NCBI GenBank assembly: GCA_958296135.2
Contig: CATQHZ020000001.1
Coordinates: 1,504,001 to 1,568,000, forward strand
Direction of reading: 5' to 3'
From: an uncultured Poribacteria bacterium
GTDB taxonomy: Bacteria > Poribacteria > WGA-4E > WGA-3G
DNA length: 64,000 nucleotides
In this document: positions 55,175-64,000 of the stretch, piece after piece
How positions within the stretch are numbered: position 1 is the stretch's first letter
Layout of the letters: every line of letters begins with the position of its first letter
Notes under the pieces: model-generated
The model's database searches: none
What the model was told of the DNA's origin: nothing
The model's input: only the letters and a program-made list of their open reading frames with translations
Position numbers and translations under genes: made by a program

Positions 55175-56212
55175 ATGGCAGTCTCAACAATTGAATGGGC
55201 AGCTGGCAGAATTCGGATGATCGATCAGACACTGCTGCCCACTGAATTTAAGCAAATTTATTGCGATGACATCGCATCGGTGTGGGAAGCGATTAAATCT
55301 CTGCGCGTGCGCGGTGCCCCCGCTATCGGCATCGCCGGTGCACTCGGAGCTGTCCTCGGAATTTGGGATTCCACTGCGGCAACTTATGACGTATTCGCAG
55401 CGGAACTGAAATCCGCAACGAATTATCTGGCGACCTCGCGCCCGACAGCCGTTAACCTGTTCTGGGCACTAGACCGGATAAACCGCACGGCGGCGGAAAA
55501 CAGCCACCTTGAAATTCCCGCGCTCAAAGAACGGCTACTGGCAGAAGCACAGGAAATCATTGAGGAAGATAAGGCGATGTGTCGCGCCATCGGGCAGCAC
55601 GGGCTGGCGTTGTTGAATGAAAACGATACGATTCTGACGCATTGCAACGCCGGCGGCTTGGCGACATCCGATTACGGCACGGCGTTGGCTGTCATGTTCA
55701 GCGCGCACGAAGCCGGGAAGAATATCCAGGTCTACGCCGATGAGACGCGTCCCCTCTTACAGGGCGCGCGCCTGACAACGTGGGAATTGATGCAGGCCGG
55801 CATAGACGTGACACTCATCTGCGACAACATGGCGGCACAGGTGATGAAAGAAGGCAAAATCCAGTGCGTTATCGTCGGTGCCGACAGAATCGCTGCGAAC
55901 GGTGACACGGCGAACAAAATCGGCACTTACAATGTCGCTATCCTCGCCGAAGCGCACGGGATTCCGTTCTATGTTGCCGCGCCTACTTCTACCTTGGACT
56001 TCGCTTTGAAAACCGGCGATGAGATTCCGATCGAGCAGCGCGCCGCTGCAGAGGTAACAGAAGGGTTCGGCAAGATGACAGCCCCTGAAGGGGTGAAGGT
56101 CTACAGTCCCGCGTTTGATGTCACGCCGGCGGCGTTGGTTACGGCGATTATCACGGAGAACGGAGTCGCACGGCCGCCCTATACGGAGAGTCTGAGTGCG
56201 TTTCGGGAATAG
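55175..56212 (+). CDS. mtnA: S-methyl-5-thioribose-1-phosphate isomerase
   Basis: IDQTLLP, VRGAPAIG, SRPTAVNL, THCNAGGLAT, ETRPLLQGARLT, GDTANKIGTY. Confidence 0.95.
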   Translation: MAVSTIEWAAGRIRMIDQTLLPTEFKQIYCDDIASVWEAIKSLRVRGAPAIGIAGALGAVLGIWDSTAATYDVFAAELKSATNYLATSRPTAVNLFWALDRINRTAAENSHLEIPALKERLLAEAQEIIEEDKAMCRAIGQHGLALLNENDTILTHCNAGGLATSDYGTALAVMFSAHEAGKNIQVYADETRPLLQGARLTTWELMQAGIDVTLICDNMAAQVMKEGKIQCVIVGADRIAANGDTANKIGTYNVAILAEAHGIPFYVAAPTSTLDFALKTGDEIPIEQRAAAEVTEGFGKMTAPEGVKVYSPAFDVTPAALVTAIITENGVARPPYTESLSAFRE

Positions 56213-56280
56213 CAAAAATGATAACCGAAACTGGTTCTCCTGCCCGTAGGGCGCGGGGCTGTCCTTCGCCACTAAACGCA

Positions 56281-56409
56281 CGCGGGGGACAGTGGACATC
56301 TCTGCAGCGAGGCTGCAGAGATGATAGCGTTAAAGTAAGGTAGCGTGCTTTCGCGAGGCGACACACGCACGTTTTCTGTAGGCGTGACCGTGACGGCCCC
56401 CGCGCTACG
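56281..56409. repeat. Second copy of the about 125-bp REPIN-like element
   Basis: Homologous to 31062-31186. Confidence 0.8.
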
Positions 56410-56429
56410 TTCCAAGAGTTCATCGGATG

Positions 56430-57716
56430 CTACGCTGCTTTCTGGATGTTGGCGCGCGTGCCTTCGACATCAAAGCAGGCATACTGGTTCGTATGCATTA
56501 TGCGGGTGGCGAGCTCCATCGCCTGTTTTTCCGTGAGGTAGCCGTCAGCGATTTCTCCCTCAAGTGCGCGCCGGATTTCGTTTCTTGCCTGGATTGCGTA
56601 AGCCATGGCACTAGTGGGCCAACCGGTGTCGCCGCCGAAGGCGAACAACTTGTTTGATGGCACAGCATGGATGCACCGGCGCAAGAAATCACGCGAACTA
56701 TAGGGATCGATGCTCCACGCCCAGCAGAAGTCAACCCAGATGTTGCGGTAATGCTTCGCCAGCGCGACGAGTTCGTCGTTGTAAGGATAGGCGATGTGCA
56801 TCAGGACAAACTTTGCGTCAAGATATCGGGCGAACAAGGCGCACATATTCCCCGCGGGGATGCGCCGGACCGGCATCCGGTCGTTGCCAGCATAATACCC
56901 AGTGTGAATCTTGAACGGGAGATTGTGCTCGGTGGCGAGTTCAACCCCGCGCGCCCAACACCAATCGCCGAGGCAGAGGCGCGTTGGTTCGTCAACCTGC
57001 TCTGACGATTGCGTCAGCACGGCGTTGAGTGCTTGTGCCGCTTCGTTATCGCTGCGTTCAATCCAGTTGAGCGTGCGGTTATAGGCATGCTGCGATTTCA
57101 CAGCGATGGCGAGCGGCGCATGTTTCGCGAAAATCGCCTCCATACTGCGTCTGAGAGAACCGAGGTCAGTCACGTCAATGTCTGTCTCGGCCTGAATTGC
57201 ACTGGGGTTGACTTGTCCGTTGCAAAACGTCGCCCAGGACAAATCGTAGAGGAAAAAATCGAGGCCAGATGTATCGGGAGGACACGGCCAACTGAAATCG
57301 TCGGTCTGAACGTGGTCCAGATTGGCGACATCGTGGAGAATGCGGTAACGTTCGCCAGGTTCTTGGAGTGCCTTCACCTTGTCTTGTGCGGTGGTGAGTC
57401 CTCCGCCGGTGAGTTCATCCAGGCCGTAAATATGCTTGGCGATGAGGCGCACAGCTTCGCCGTAGCCGGTGAATTGTGTCGCTTCCCATGCCTCGCGGAT
57501 GCCTTCAAACCGGTCGGCGACATCCTGCGACGCGTCCATCAGGTTCCGCATTGCTTCTGGCGATGCACCCGCTGTCTGGAGATCGGCGGGGACGTAGTTA
57601 CCGAACAGGTCCTGCAGAATATCAGGTCCTTTTTCTACCCAGTCGTTCTCGCGGCGCATGTGTTCATGCGTGTCAACGAGACGGATAGTCTGAATGTGAT
57701 GTGTGAGGTCGGTCAC
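56430..57716 (-). CDS. Amidohydrolase-family protein (uronate-isomerase-like)
   Basis: VDTHEH, KIHTG, LMHIAYPY, FGGD; GTG start after AAAGGAG. Confidence 0.8.
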   Translation of the reverse strand: MTDLTHHIQTIRLVDTHEHMRRENDWVEKGPDILQDLFGNYVPADLQTAGASPEAMRNLMDASQDVADRFEGIREAWEATQFTGYGEAVRLIAKHIYGLDELTGGGLTTAQDKVKALQEPGERYRILHDVANLDHVQTDDFSWPCPPDTSGLDFFLYDLSWATFCNGQVNPSAIQAETDIDVTDLGSLRRSMEAIFAKHAPLAIAVKSQHAYNRTLNWIERSDNEAAQALNAVLTQSSEQVDEPTRLCLGDWCWARGVELATEHNLPFKIHTGYYAGNDRMPVRRIPAGNMCALFARYLDAKFVLMHIAYPYNDELVALAKHYRNIWVDFCWAWSIDPYSSRDFLRRCIHAVPSNKLFAFGGDTGWPTSAMAYAIQARNEIRRALEGEIADGYLTEKQAMELATRIMHTNQYACFDVEGTRANIQKAA

Positions 57717-57744
57717 GATGAAATTTCTCCTTTGCAGATTTTGG

Positions 57745-57774
57745 TTGACAAATAGCATCAAAATACGATAAAAT
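57745..57774 (+). promoter_or_regulatory. sigma70 promoter for the cold-shock/Hfq-like gene (leader about 310 nt)
   Basis: TTGACA-18 bp-TAAAAT; a facing minus-strand promoter lies at 57810-57837. Confidence 0.55.
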
Positions 57775-58091
57775 GTTTTGCAGGGTGACAGGATAATTCC
57801 TTTCGCCTTATTTTACCAGAGAGACGATTTGTGTCAAGAGAAAAAACAGAGGGATTCAGTTGTCCGTTTTTGATGTCACCGGCGAAAATCAACAACGGGC
57901 CCTCACCCTATAAGGCAGTTCTCCCGGTCTGGGCCCGTTTGCGCTCAGGCGAGCTCAAACGACAGATGCGGGAGAACTCAGTGTTTCATAGAGAAAAAAC
58001 GGCTTCATTGCAGGCGCGGGTGCGCGGTTTGCAACGGGCCGCACGACGATAGGCACCTTCCTGAAGTGGAGGAGAACGACAGGAGCAGACT

Positions 58092-59039
58092 ATGCCTACA
58101 GGACGGATTAAGTATTACAATTTCGATAAAGGGTTCGGTTTCATTGCGCAAGATAGCAGCGATGCTGATGTCTTCTTGCACAGTTCGGCGATGAAACAAC
58201 CCGAATACGAAGAGCTTCGCGTTGGGCAGCGGGTGAAGTATAACGTCGTCGAAGGCGAGAAAGGGCTCGTCGCTCAGCACGTTGAGGTGTTGCTGACTCC
58301 GACGGAACGCCGCTGGCTGCGGCAAGGGAAGGCGATTATCCCGCGCGGTTACTCCGGGTTCCCCGGTCAGAACCAGGGGCAATTTGTCGCCGAAGAGGCG
58401 GTGCATGCCGACGCATCCGCTCCGTCAAGACCTGGCCCTGGCCCCCGCAGGCAGCCGCACTCCGAAGATGCGGCACATCCCGTGCTCAAAGGGAGACCCG
58501 GCCTTAGTGCTGCACCGCCTGCTGTTCGGCCGCTTGAACAAGCCTCTAAGCAGCTCAGCTTCGGCGATCTTTACATCCTGAAGCAGATTAACCTTGAGAC
58601 ATCCATGTTTTTCGCGTTGTATAACCGTGTGCAGCTCCCGGCTATCGTCTTAGAAATGACGCTTTCTAGTTTGACGCTCAACAGCAACGGGCAGGAACAG
58701 GTTCTCGCCAAAACGGATGTGAAATACTGCTACAAAGACATGGATGCGGCGAAAGTGCAGGCATCTCTGGAGGTGGACGATGCTGTCAAGGGACTGCGGT
58801 TGGAGCCGGTCTTGCGTGACGAAGAAGCGTATGCGCTAGATACGGAAGTGGTGCGGGCGGCCCGGAAAAACGGCGATTCAATTGAGGTGACTCTCCGTGA
58901 GGGTGAAATCTTTCGCGGGATTGTTGACTGGGTGAGCCCTTACGAGATCAAGTTGATTTTGGAGAACGGTGCCAAAGTCGTCGTCTTCCTGCACGCGCTC
59001 TACGATTTCAAGGTATTTCCTTCCAAGAAGGCGTTCTAA
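58092..59039 (+). CDS. Cold-shock domain protein with two C-terminal Hfq/Sm-like domains
   Basis: N-terminal GRIKYYNFDKGFGFI...DVFLHSSA (RNP1/RNP2); C-terminal IEVTLREGEIFRGIVDWVSPYEIKL...VVVFLHAL resembles Hfq Sm1/Sm2. Confidence 0.7.
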   Translation: MPTGRIKYYNFDKGFGFIAQDSSDADVFLHSSAMKQPEYEELRVGQRVKYNVVEGEKGLVAQHVEVLLTPTERRWLRQGKAIIPRGYSGFPGQNQGQFVAEEAVHADASAPSRPGPGPRRQPHSEDAAHPVLKGRPGLSAAPPAVRPLEQASKQLSFGDLYILKQINLETSMFFALYNRVQLPAIVLEMTLSSLTLNSNGQEQVLAKTDVKYCYKDMDAAKVQASLEVDDAVKGLRLEPVLRDEEAYALDTEVVRAARKNGDSIEVTLREGEIFRGIVDWVSPYEIKLILENGAKVVVFLHALYDFKVFPSKKAF

Positions 59040-59102
59040 TTTGCAAGGGGTGGCTATAGAAATCCACCCTGACAATCTATGCTCGGTAGGTAGGTAACCC
59101 TT

Positions 59103-59699
59103 ATGCAACCCTATCACGAACTCGTCGCCGATGTGATGAGAGACGTGCGACGGCTCCGCGAAGAATATGGGACATCGCCATGTCCGGCGAACTGCTTTGA
59201 CTGTTGCAAGAACACCGCGACAATGGCGATCAGCGAGGTGGAAGCTCAAGATTTGAAACTCGGATTAGACGCGCTGCCGCCAGAAATTCGCGCGCACATT
59301 TGCCAGAAAGCGGAACGTTCTATCGGACGCATCGAGGCACTCGGTTACGACGCGGCAAATATCACGCAGGAATCAGGCATGGACGTGCTTGCGGTGCTCA
59401 AAGGCACCCCTGAAGCCGAATGTCCGATGCTAATCGGCGGGGTATGCACCGTCTATGAACACCGTCCGGTTATCTGCCGCGTGTGGGGCTATCCGCTTGA
59501 TAACGGGAGAGAATTGGCGTGCTGCCACAAAACGTTCATCGGGCAGCGACGCGACTACAAACCGCTCAATTACGCGCACTATTGGCGGCAGTGTCGAGCC
59601 CTGAGTGAGGAACTCGGTGCCACGCGAAAAACGCCGAATTGCTATCTCGTCGGCGCGCTTTTAGGTTCGGATGCGTCGGCGAGTTCTCGCAAAAACTGA
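59103..59699 (+). CDS. YkgJ-family cysteine-cluster protein
   Basis: CPANCFDCC, CPML...CTVYEHRPVICR. Confidence 0.8.
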   Translation: MQPYHELVADVMRDVRRLREEYGTSPCPANCFDCCKNTATMAISEVEAQDLKLGLDALPPEIRAHICQKAERSIGRIEALGYDAANITQESGMDVLAVLKGTPEAECPMLIGGVCTVYEHRPVICRVWGYPLDNGRELACCHKTFIGQRRDYKPLNYAHYWRQCRALSEELGATRKTPNCYLVGALLGSDASASSRKN

Positions 59700-59974
59700 A
59701 AGGTATAGATGCCTGTGCGATGCCCATCGTTCCAGATGAATCGCACGGCGTAGTGTCCCACCCGCTGAATGTCGACAAGGCGTAGATTGTCATAAAAATC
59801 GTCCGGAGGCAAGATGTGCAGCGGATTTTTTTCGGTGCGCATCGCTTGGCACCGGGCACAGGGGCATTTCTGCCGGAGGAGTCGGTAGGAGAGTTCACTG
59901 TGTGGCGAATCTTTCCAGCGCACCGCCAAGCTATTGCTTGTTCTTTTGAGTTCGGTAGGTTGGAATGTTTGCAT
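59642..59974 (-). CDS. DUF971 (GBBH-like N-terminal) protein
   Basis: LRQKCPCARC, VGHYAVRFIWNDGHRTGIYTF. Confidence 0.85.
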   Translation of the reverse strand: MQTFQPTELKRTSNSLAVRWKDSPHSELSYRLLRQKCPCARCQAMRTEKNPLHILPPDDFYDNLRLVDIQRVGHYAVRFIWNDGHRTGIYTFQFLRELADASEPKSAPTR

Positions 59975-60068
59975 GATAGAGAATAACGGATTATCGTCAA
60001 CATGCTGCTGCAGCGCGCTGACGATAACCAATTACCGGAGGCGCGCTGCGGCAGCGCGCCTTGCAACG

Positions 60069-60326
60069 TTATAGGAAGTATTCCGCGTTGATGTCGATGA
60101 AATGCTCCCATTCTTCGGGCACATCTTCTTCCATAAAGATTGCCTCCACGGGGCATTCGGGCTCGCAGACGCCGCAGTCGATGCATTCTTCCGGATCGAT
60201 GTAGAGTTGATTGACTTCCTCAAACTCATCGGCAGCTGGCAGCGGGTGAATGCAGTCCACTGGGCACACATCAACGCATGCGCTATCCTTTACTTCAACA
60301 CAAGGTTCGCAAATTACATACGTCAT
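60069..60326 (-). CDS. FdxA-type (3Fe-4S/4Fe-4S) ferredoxin, copy 1
   Basis: MTYVICEPC...ACVDVCPVDCI...IDPEECIDCGVCEPECPVEAI. Confidence 0.9.
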   Translation of the reverse strand: MTYVICEPCVEVKDSACVDVCPVDCIHPLPAADEFEEVNQLYIDPEECIDCGVCEPECPVEAIFMEEDVPEEWEHFIDINAEYFL

Positions 60327-60481
60327 AAGAGAAAAACTCCTTGTCGCTTGGTTTAGAATCAGAACCTTCATCAAACCGGCGGCTTGATGAAGGGTATAGA
60401 AAACGTTGTCAATTTTGCGGAAAACCGCGCTGTCAGCTGAGTTGCGATTCAGGGACATTATTAATAATACCACATAGAAAC

Positions 60482-60745
60482 TTATTTGTCAAATTTTTTA
60501 TTCGGTGGTATCTCTTTTTCCCCAAGCACGCGCCGCGGCTTGTAGCGCGAGGGCCTGTCCCTCGCGCTCGCTCGACCGAGGCGAAAACCGCCGCGTTTGC
60601 TGTCCCGAGCACGGCACGGCGGGAGACCGGCACCCGCCCTACGGGGAGAGAGTCGGTAGGAGAGTTCACTGTGTGGCGAATCTTTCCAGCGCACCGCCAG
60701 GCCACTGCTCGTTCTTTTGAGTTCAGTAGGTTGGAGTGTTTGCAT
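60482..60745 (-). pseudogene. Truncated DUF971 copy fused to REP-derived sequence
   Basis: MQTLQPTELK...SELSYRL then diverges into the REP cluster; lacks the CPCARC motif. Confidence 0.75.
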
Positions 60746-60839
60746 GATAGGGCATAACCGATTATCGTCAACACGCTGTCGCAGCGCGCTGACGATAACC
60801 AATTACCGGAGGCGCGCTGCGGCAGCGCGCCTTGCAACG

Positions 60840-61097
60840 TTATAGGAAGTATTCCGCGTTGATGTCGATGAAATGCTCCCATTCTTCGGGCACATCTTCT
60901 TCCATAAAGATTGCCTCCACGGGGCATTCGGGCTCGCAGACACTGCAGTCGATGCACTCTTCCGGATCGATGTAGAGTTGATTGACTTCCTCAAACTCAT
61001 CGGCAGCTGGCAGCGGGTGAATGCAGTCCACTGGGCACACATCAACGCATGCGCTATCCTTTACTTCAACACAAGGTTCGCAAATTACATACGTCAT
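60840..61097 (-). CDS. FdxA-type ferredoxin, copy 2
   Basis: Identical to copy 1 except CIDCSVC for CIDCGVC. Confidence 0.88.
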   Translation of the reverse strand: MTYVICEPCVEVKDSACVDVCPVDCIHPLPAADEFEEVNQLYIDPEECIDCSVCEPECPVEAIFMEEDVPEEWEHFIDINAEYFL

Positions 61098-61312
61098 AAG
61101 AGAAAAACTCCTTGTCGCTTGGTTTAGAATCAGAACCTTCATCGAACCGGAGGCTTGATGAAGGGTATAGAAAACGTTGTCAATTTTGCGGAAAACCGCG
61201 CTGTCAGCTGAGTTGCGATTCAGGGACATTATTAATAATACCACATAGAAACTTATTTGTCAAATTTTTTTATTCGGTGGTATCTCTTTTTCCCCAAGCA
61301 CGCGCCGCGGCC

Positions 61313-61590
61313 TGTAGCGTGAGGGACAACCTGTCCCTCGCGCTCGCTCACGTTTTCTGTCCCGATTGCGGCACGGCGAACAAGTACACCCCGCGGCTTG
61401 TAACGCGAGGGCCTGTCCCTCGCGCTCGCTCAACTGAGGTGAAAAGCGTCTGCAACCCACGGCTATTCACGTTTTTTGTTCAATTCCAGCACGGCGGGGG
61501 AAACCCTCGGCGATTCGCGATCGCCGGGCCCCCGCCCTACGGGGAAAGGAACCGATCTCGGCACGGCGGCGAACAGGCCCCCGCCCTACG
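61313..61590. repeat. Cluster of GTAG-type REP palindromes
   Basis: Several gcgagggcctgtccctcgcgc and cccgccCTACgg units. Confidence 0.75.
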
Positions 61591-61615
61591 GCTAAGGGAA
61601 CGGTTAGATGGCAGA

Positions 61616-62194
61616 CTACCCCGCCATCAGAATTTCTACCGCTTTTTCCAATGCCCCCGGCTCCACCTTCAACTTTGCGTTGTCTACCTCGCGCTTGACG
61701 TAGGTGAGCGTGTGTGTGAGACTCATCGGGGTAGCGATGTCGTTTAAGATTTTCTGCACGCGCTTGACATCGGCTTTCTTAATGCCGGTCTCCGCTTCGA
61801 CCCGGGTCTGCAGTTCCGCGGGGGATGTGGGTGATTCTGCAGGCTGCGCGTCGCTTTCCACTTTCGGTTTCGGTGCCATTTTGGAGGTTTTCGCGCGGCG
61901 GGACTGCCGCCGGGGTGTTGTCTTCTGGATTTTGCCCGCTTCCAACGCCTTCACGCCGCACTCCTGGCACAGCTTTGCAGTCACCTCCGCCAGCGTCATG
62001 GTGACAATTATCTCGCTAATCGTCCCACAGAGTTCACATTCGGCCAGTTTTTCGATGCCGTTAAAGATGTCGGCGTGCAGTGCAAGCATCCTCGCCTTGT
62101 CAGTCTTCGTCGGTTTCTCTTTTTGACAGAGCGCGATAATCTTCTCCGCCGCCTTCTCAATCTGCGCTAAATTCCCCATTTTTCTATCCTCCAC
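61616..62194 (-). CDS. Hypothetical protein with Zn-ribbon (CxxC...CxxC) and basic linker
   Basis: CELC...CQEC; coherent 192-aa ORF. Confidence 0.6.
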   Translation of the reverse strand: MEDRKMGNLAQIEKAAEKIIALCQKEKPTKTDKARMLALHADIFNGIEKLAECELCGTISEIIVTMTLAEVTAKLCQECGVKALEAGKIQKTTPRRQSRRAKTSKMAPKPKVESDAQPAESPTSPAELQTRVEAETGIKKADVKRVQKILNDIATPMSLTHTLTYVKREVDNAKLKVEPGALEKAVEILMAG

Positions 62195-62399
62195 ATCCGG
62201 GACTATTTCTCCGTTTTGAGGGTTCCCCTGTGAAAATTCGCCGTCCAGACTATGTCGTTCAAAATCGTCCGATCTTGACTAGTTTAGTTTCAACAGTCGC
62301 GACAGTTCGGGCTCAGGGGAGCCCGAACTACGAACAGCAGTGACAATTTGAAAACAGAATAGTCTAGTAGGCGCGCTGCCAAAGCGCGCCTCTCAGAAT

Positions 62400-64000
62400 C
62401 TAAAATTCCTCACCGGTGCGCCTTGCAGCCGCCGCGGCAACCTGGTCTTTGTAGAGTTTATACTCAAAACTGTCGATCAACGCTTCGCAGCTGGCGGAGA
62501 TGCTGTTCTCCGAAACGCCGACGGTGCGCCAGGTCGCCTCGCCGTCGCTGACTTCAATAAGCACGCGCACTTTTGAACTGGTTCCCGCTTTGGTATCCAG
62601 CGCGCGTACTTTGTAATCGATGAGCCGCACCACCTGTAACGACGGATAGAAAGACTCTAGTGCCTTCCGAAGCGCGTTGTCTAGTGCGTTGACCGGTCCG
62701 TCGCCATCGGCGGCGATATGTACTTCTTGTCCTTGCGGCATCGCGACTTTTATCGTCGCTTCGGCACGCATAGTATGATCGCTGAATTTCTCGATGATGA
62801 CGCGATAGCCGAGGAATTCAAAGAACGGGGCATGCCCATTAAATACTTTGCGCGCGAGGAGCTCAAACGATGCTTCCGCTGCTTCATACTGATACCCCTC
62901 GCGTTCCGCCGCCTTGAGCCGCTCAAAGAGTTTCAAGACCTGGGGTGAATTTTTGTCGTAGTTCGGGTATTCCTTCTCAATCTTTTTGATGATGGTGCCG
63001 CGGCCTGCCTGGTCGGAGACGAGGATGCGTTGTGTATTCCCGACGCGCTCCGGCTCAATGTGTTCATAAGTCAAACGGTTTTTGCGGATGGCATCCGTGT
63101 GTAACCCGCCTTTGTGCGCGAAAGCGGAACGTCCGACGTAAGGCTGTCGTTCGTCGTGCGGCAGGTTCGCCAATTCACTTATCAACCGCGAGACACCTGT
63201 CAACCCTTTCAACTGGTTCTCCGTGAGGCATGCTATCCCCAGTTTGAGTTGAATTGTTGGGATAATGGAGGCGAGATTCGCGTTGCCGCACCGTTCGCCG
63301 TAGCCGTTGAACGTGCCTTGCACGTGGTTCGCGCCGGCTTGCACGGCTAGGACAGAATTCGCTGCGCCCATGCCTGCGTCGTTGTGCGCGTGAATACCGA
63401 TCGGCAGCGGTGATACTGCATCCTTCGCTGCGTGCACCCCTTCCTGAATTTCAAAAGGCAGTCTGCCGCCGTTGGTATCACAGAGGACGATGCATTGCGC
63501 GCCGCCTGCTGCCGCGGCGTGCAACGTCTCTAATGCGTATGCCGAGTCGTCGGCGTATCCATCGAAGAAGTGCTCCGCGTCGTAAATCACCTCGCGGCCG
63601 TTTTCGCGAAGGTACCGCACGGAACTCTCAATCAGTTCCAGATTCGCTTTCGCTGTCACGCGGAGGACTTCCGTAGCGTGGAGTCGCCATGTCTTCCCAA
63701 CAATCGTGAGGGTGCGCGCGCCGGTGTCAAGCAGCGCGGACAGGTTCGGATCTTCGTCAGGCGTGAATGTCGGATACCGCGTGCTTCCGAACGGCACAAC
63801 TGTGGCGTTTTCCAACGCCAGCCCCTTCGCGCGCTTAAAGAATTCTATATCTCTCGGGTTGGAGCCGGGATATCCGCCTTCAATATAGCGGATGCCGAGC
63901 CGGTCCAGTGCCTCAATGATGATGAGTTTATCTTCAACAGAGAACGCGACACCTTCCGCTTGGCTGCCGTCCCTGAGCGTTGTATCATAAAAGTCGACCA
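62400..64000 (-). CDS. cimA: Citramalate synthase (start just outside window)
   Basis: Frame open to the window edge: YDTTLRDGSQAEG, EGGYPGSNP, YDAEHFFDGY, HAHND, GYGERCGNANL, AFAHKGGLH, GPVNALD. Confidence 0.9.
   Translation of the reverse strand, partial: VDFYDTTLRDGSQAEGVAFSVEDKLIIIEALDRLGIRYIEGGYPGSNPRDIEFFKRAKGLALENATVVPFGSTRYPTFTPDEDPNLSALLDTGARTLTIVGKTWRLHATEVLRVTAKANLELIESSVRYLRENGREVIYDAEHFFDGYADDSAYALETLHAAAAGGAQCIVLCDTNGGRLPFEIQEGVHAAKDAVSPLPIGIHAHNDAGMGAANSVLAVQAGANHVQGTFNGYGERCGNANLASIIPTIQLKLGIACLTENQLKGLTGVSRLISELANLPHDERQPYVGRSAFAHKGGLHTDAIRKNRLTYEHIEPERVGNTQRILVSDQAGRGTIIKKIEKEYPNYDKNSPQVLKLFERLKAAEREGYQYEAAEASFELLARKVFNGHAPFFEFLGYRVIIEKFSDHTMRAEATIKVAMPQGQEVHIAADGDGPVNALDNALRKALESFYPSLQVVRLIDYKVRALDTKAGTSSKVRVLIEVSDGEATWRTVGVSENSISASCEALIDSFEYKLYKDQVAAAAARRTGEEF

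Larger units (their letters stand above)
59879..61325. repeat. Near-identical tandem duplication (period about 771 bp)
   Basis: About 59879-60553 versus about 60650-61325, separated by a REP cluster. Confidence 0.9.

Noticed and set aside
60326-60473. 49-aa N-terminal extensions on the ferredoxins (and track extensions on SNF2, DppA and amidase)
   Set aside because: Downstream ATGs match family N-termini, mostly with SD motifs; the extensions cover promoter, REP or neighbouring-gene sequence.

Overview
GC-rich (roughly 55%, by eye) bacterial chromosomal window. Dockerin-like repeats, an ASPIC/UnbV protein, PorV plus a YPNP-type C-terminal sorting domain and dense GTAG-type palindromes suggest Candidatus Poribacteria or a similar lineage (inference only). 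It is mostly housekeeping and metabolic genes: miaB, mutS, ispE-tRNA-Gln-rplY-amidase-GerMN-pth, acetolactate synthase, mtnA, cimA, ferredoxins and peptide-binding proteins. Defence-type genes are threaded among them: a DGQHR/DndB-like protein, a sacsin-like GHKL-HNH protein, an AAA-TOPRIM protein, an SNF2 helicase, an AAA plus nuclease pair, and a type IIG R-M gene frameshifted at a G9 tract. The strongest signal is two related IS607-like elements with homologous ends. One carries an intact TnpB and the other only an omega-RNA-like scaffold. Both sit between a Shine-Dalgarno motif (AAAGGAG) and the start codon of a housekeeping gene (mutS, mtnA). Other highlights are a cold-shock-domain plus tandem Hfq-like fusion with a long, switch-like leader, REP-type palindromes translated in frame inside several proteins, a structured leader before the sacsin-like gene, and a REP-bounded ferredoxin duplication. 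All protein calls come from motif recognition by eye; no searches were run.
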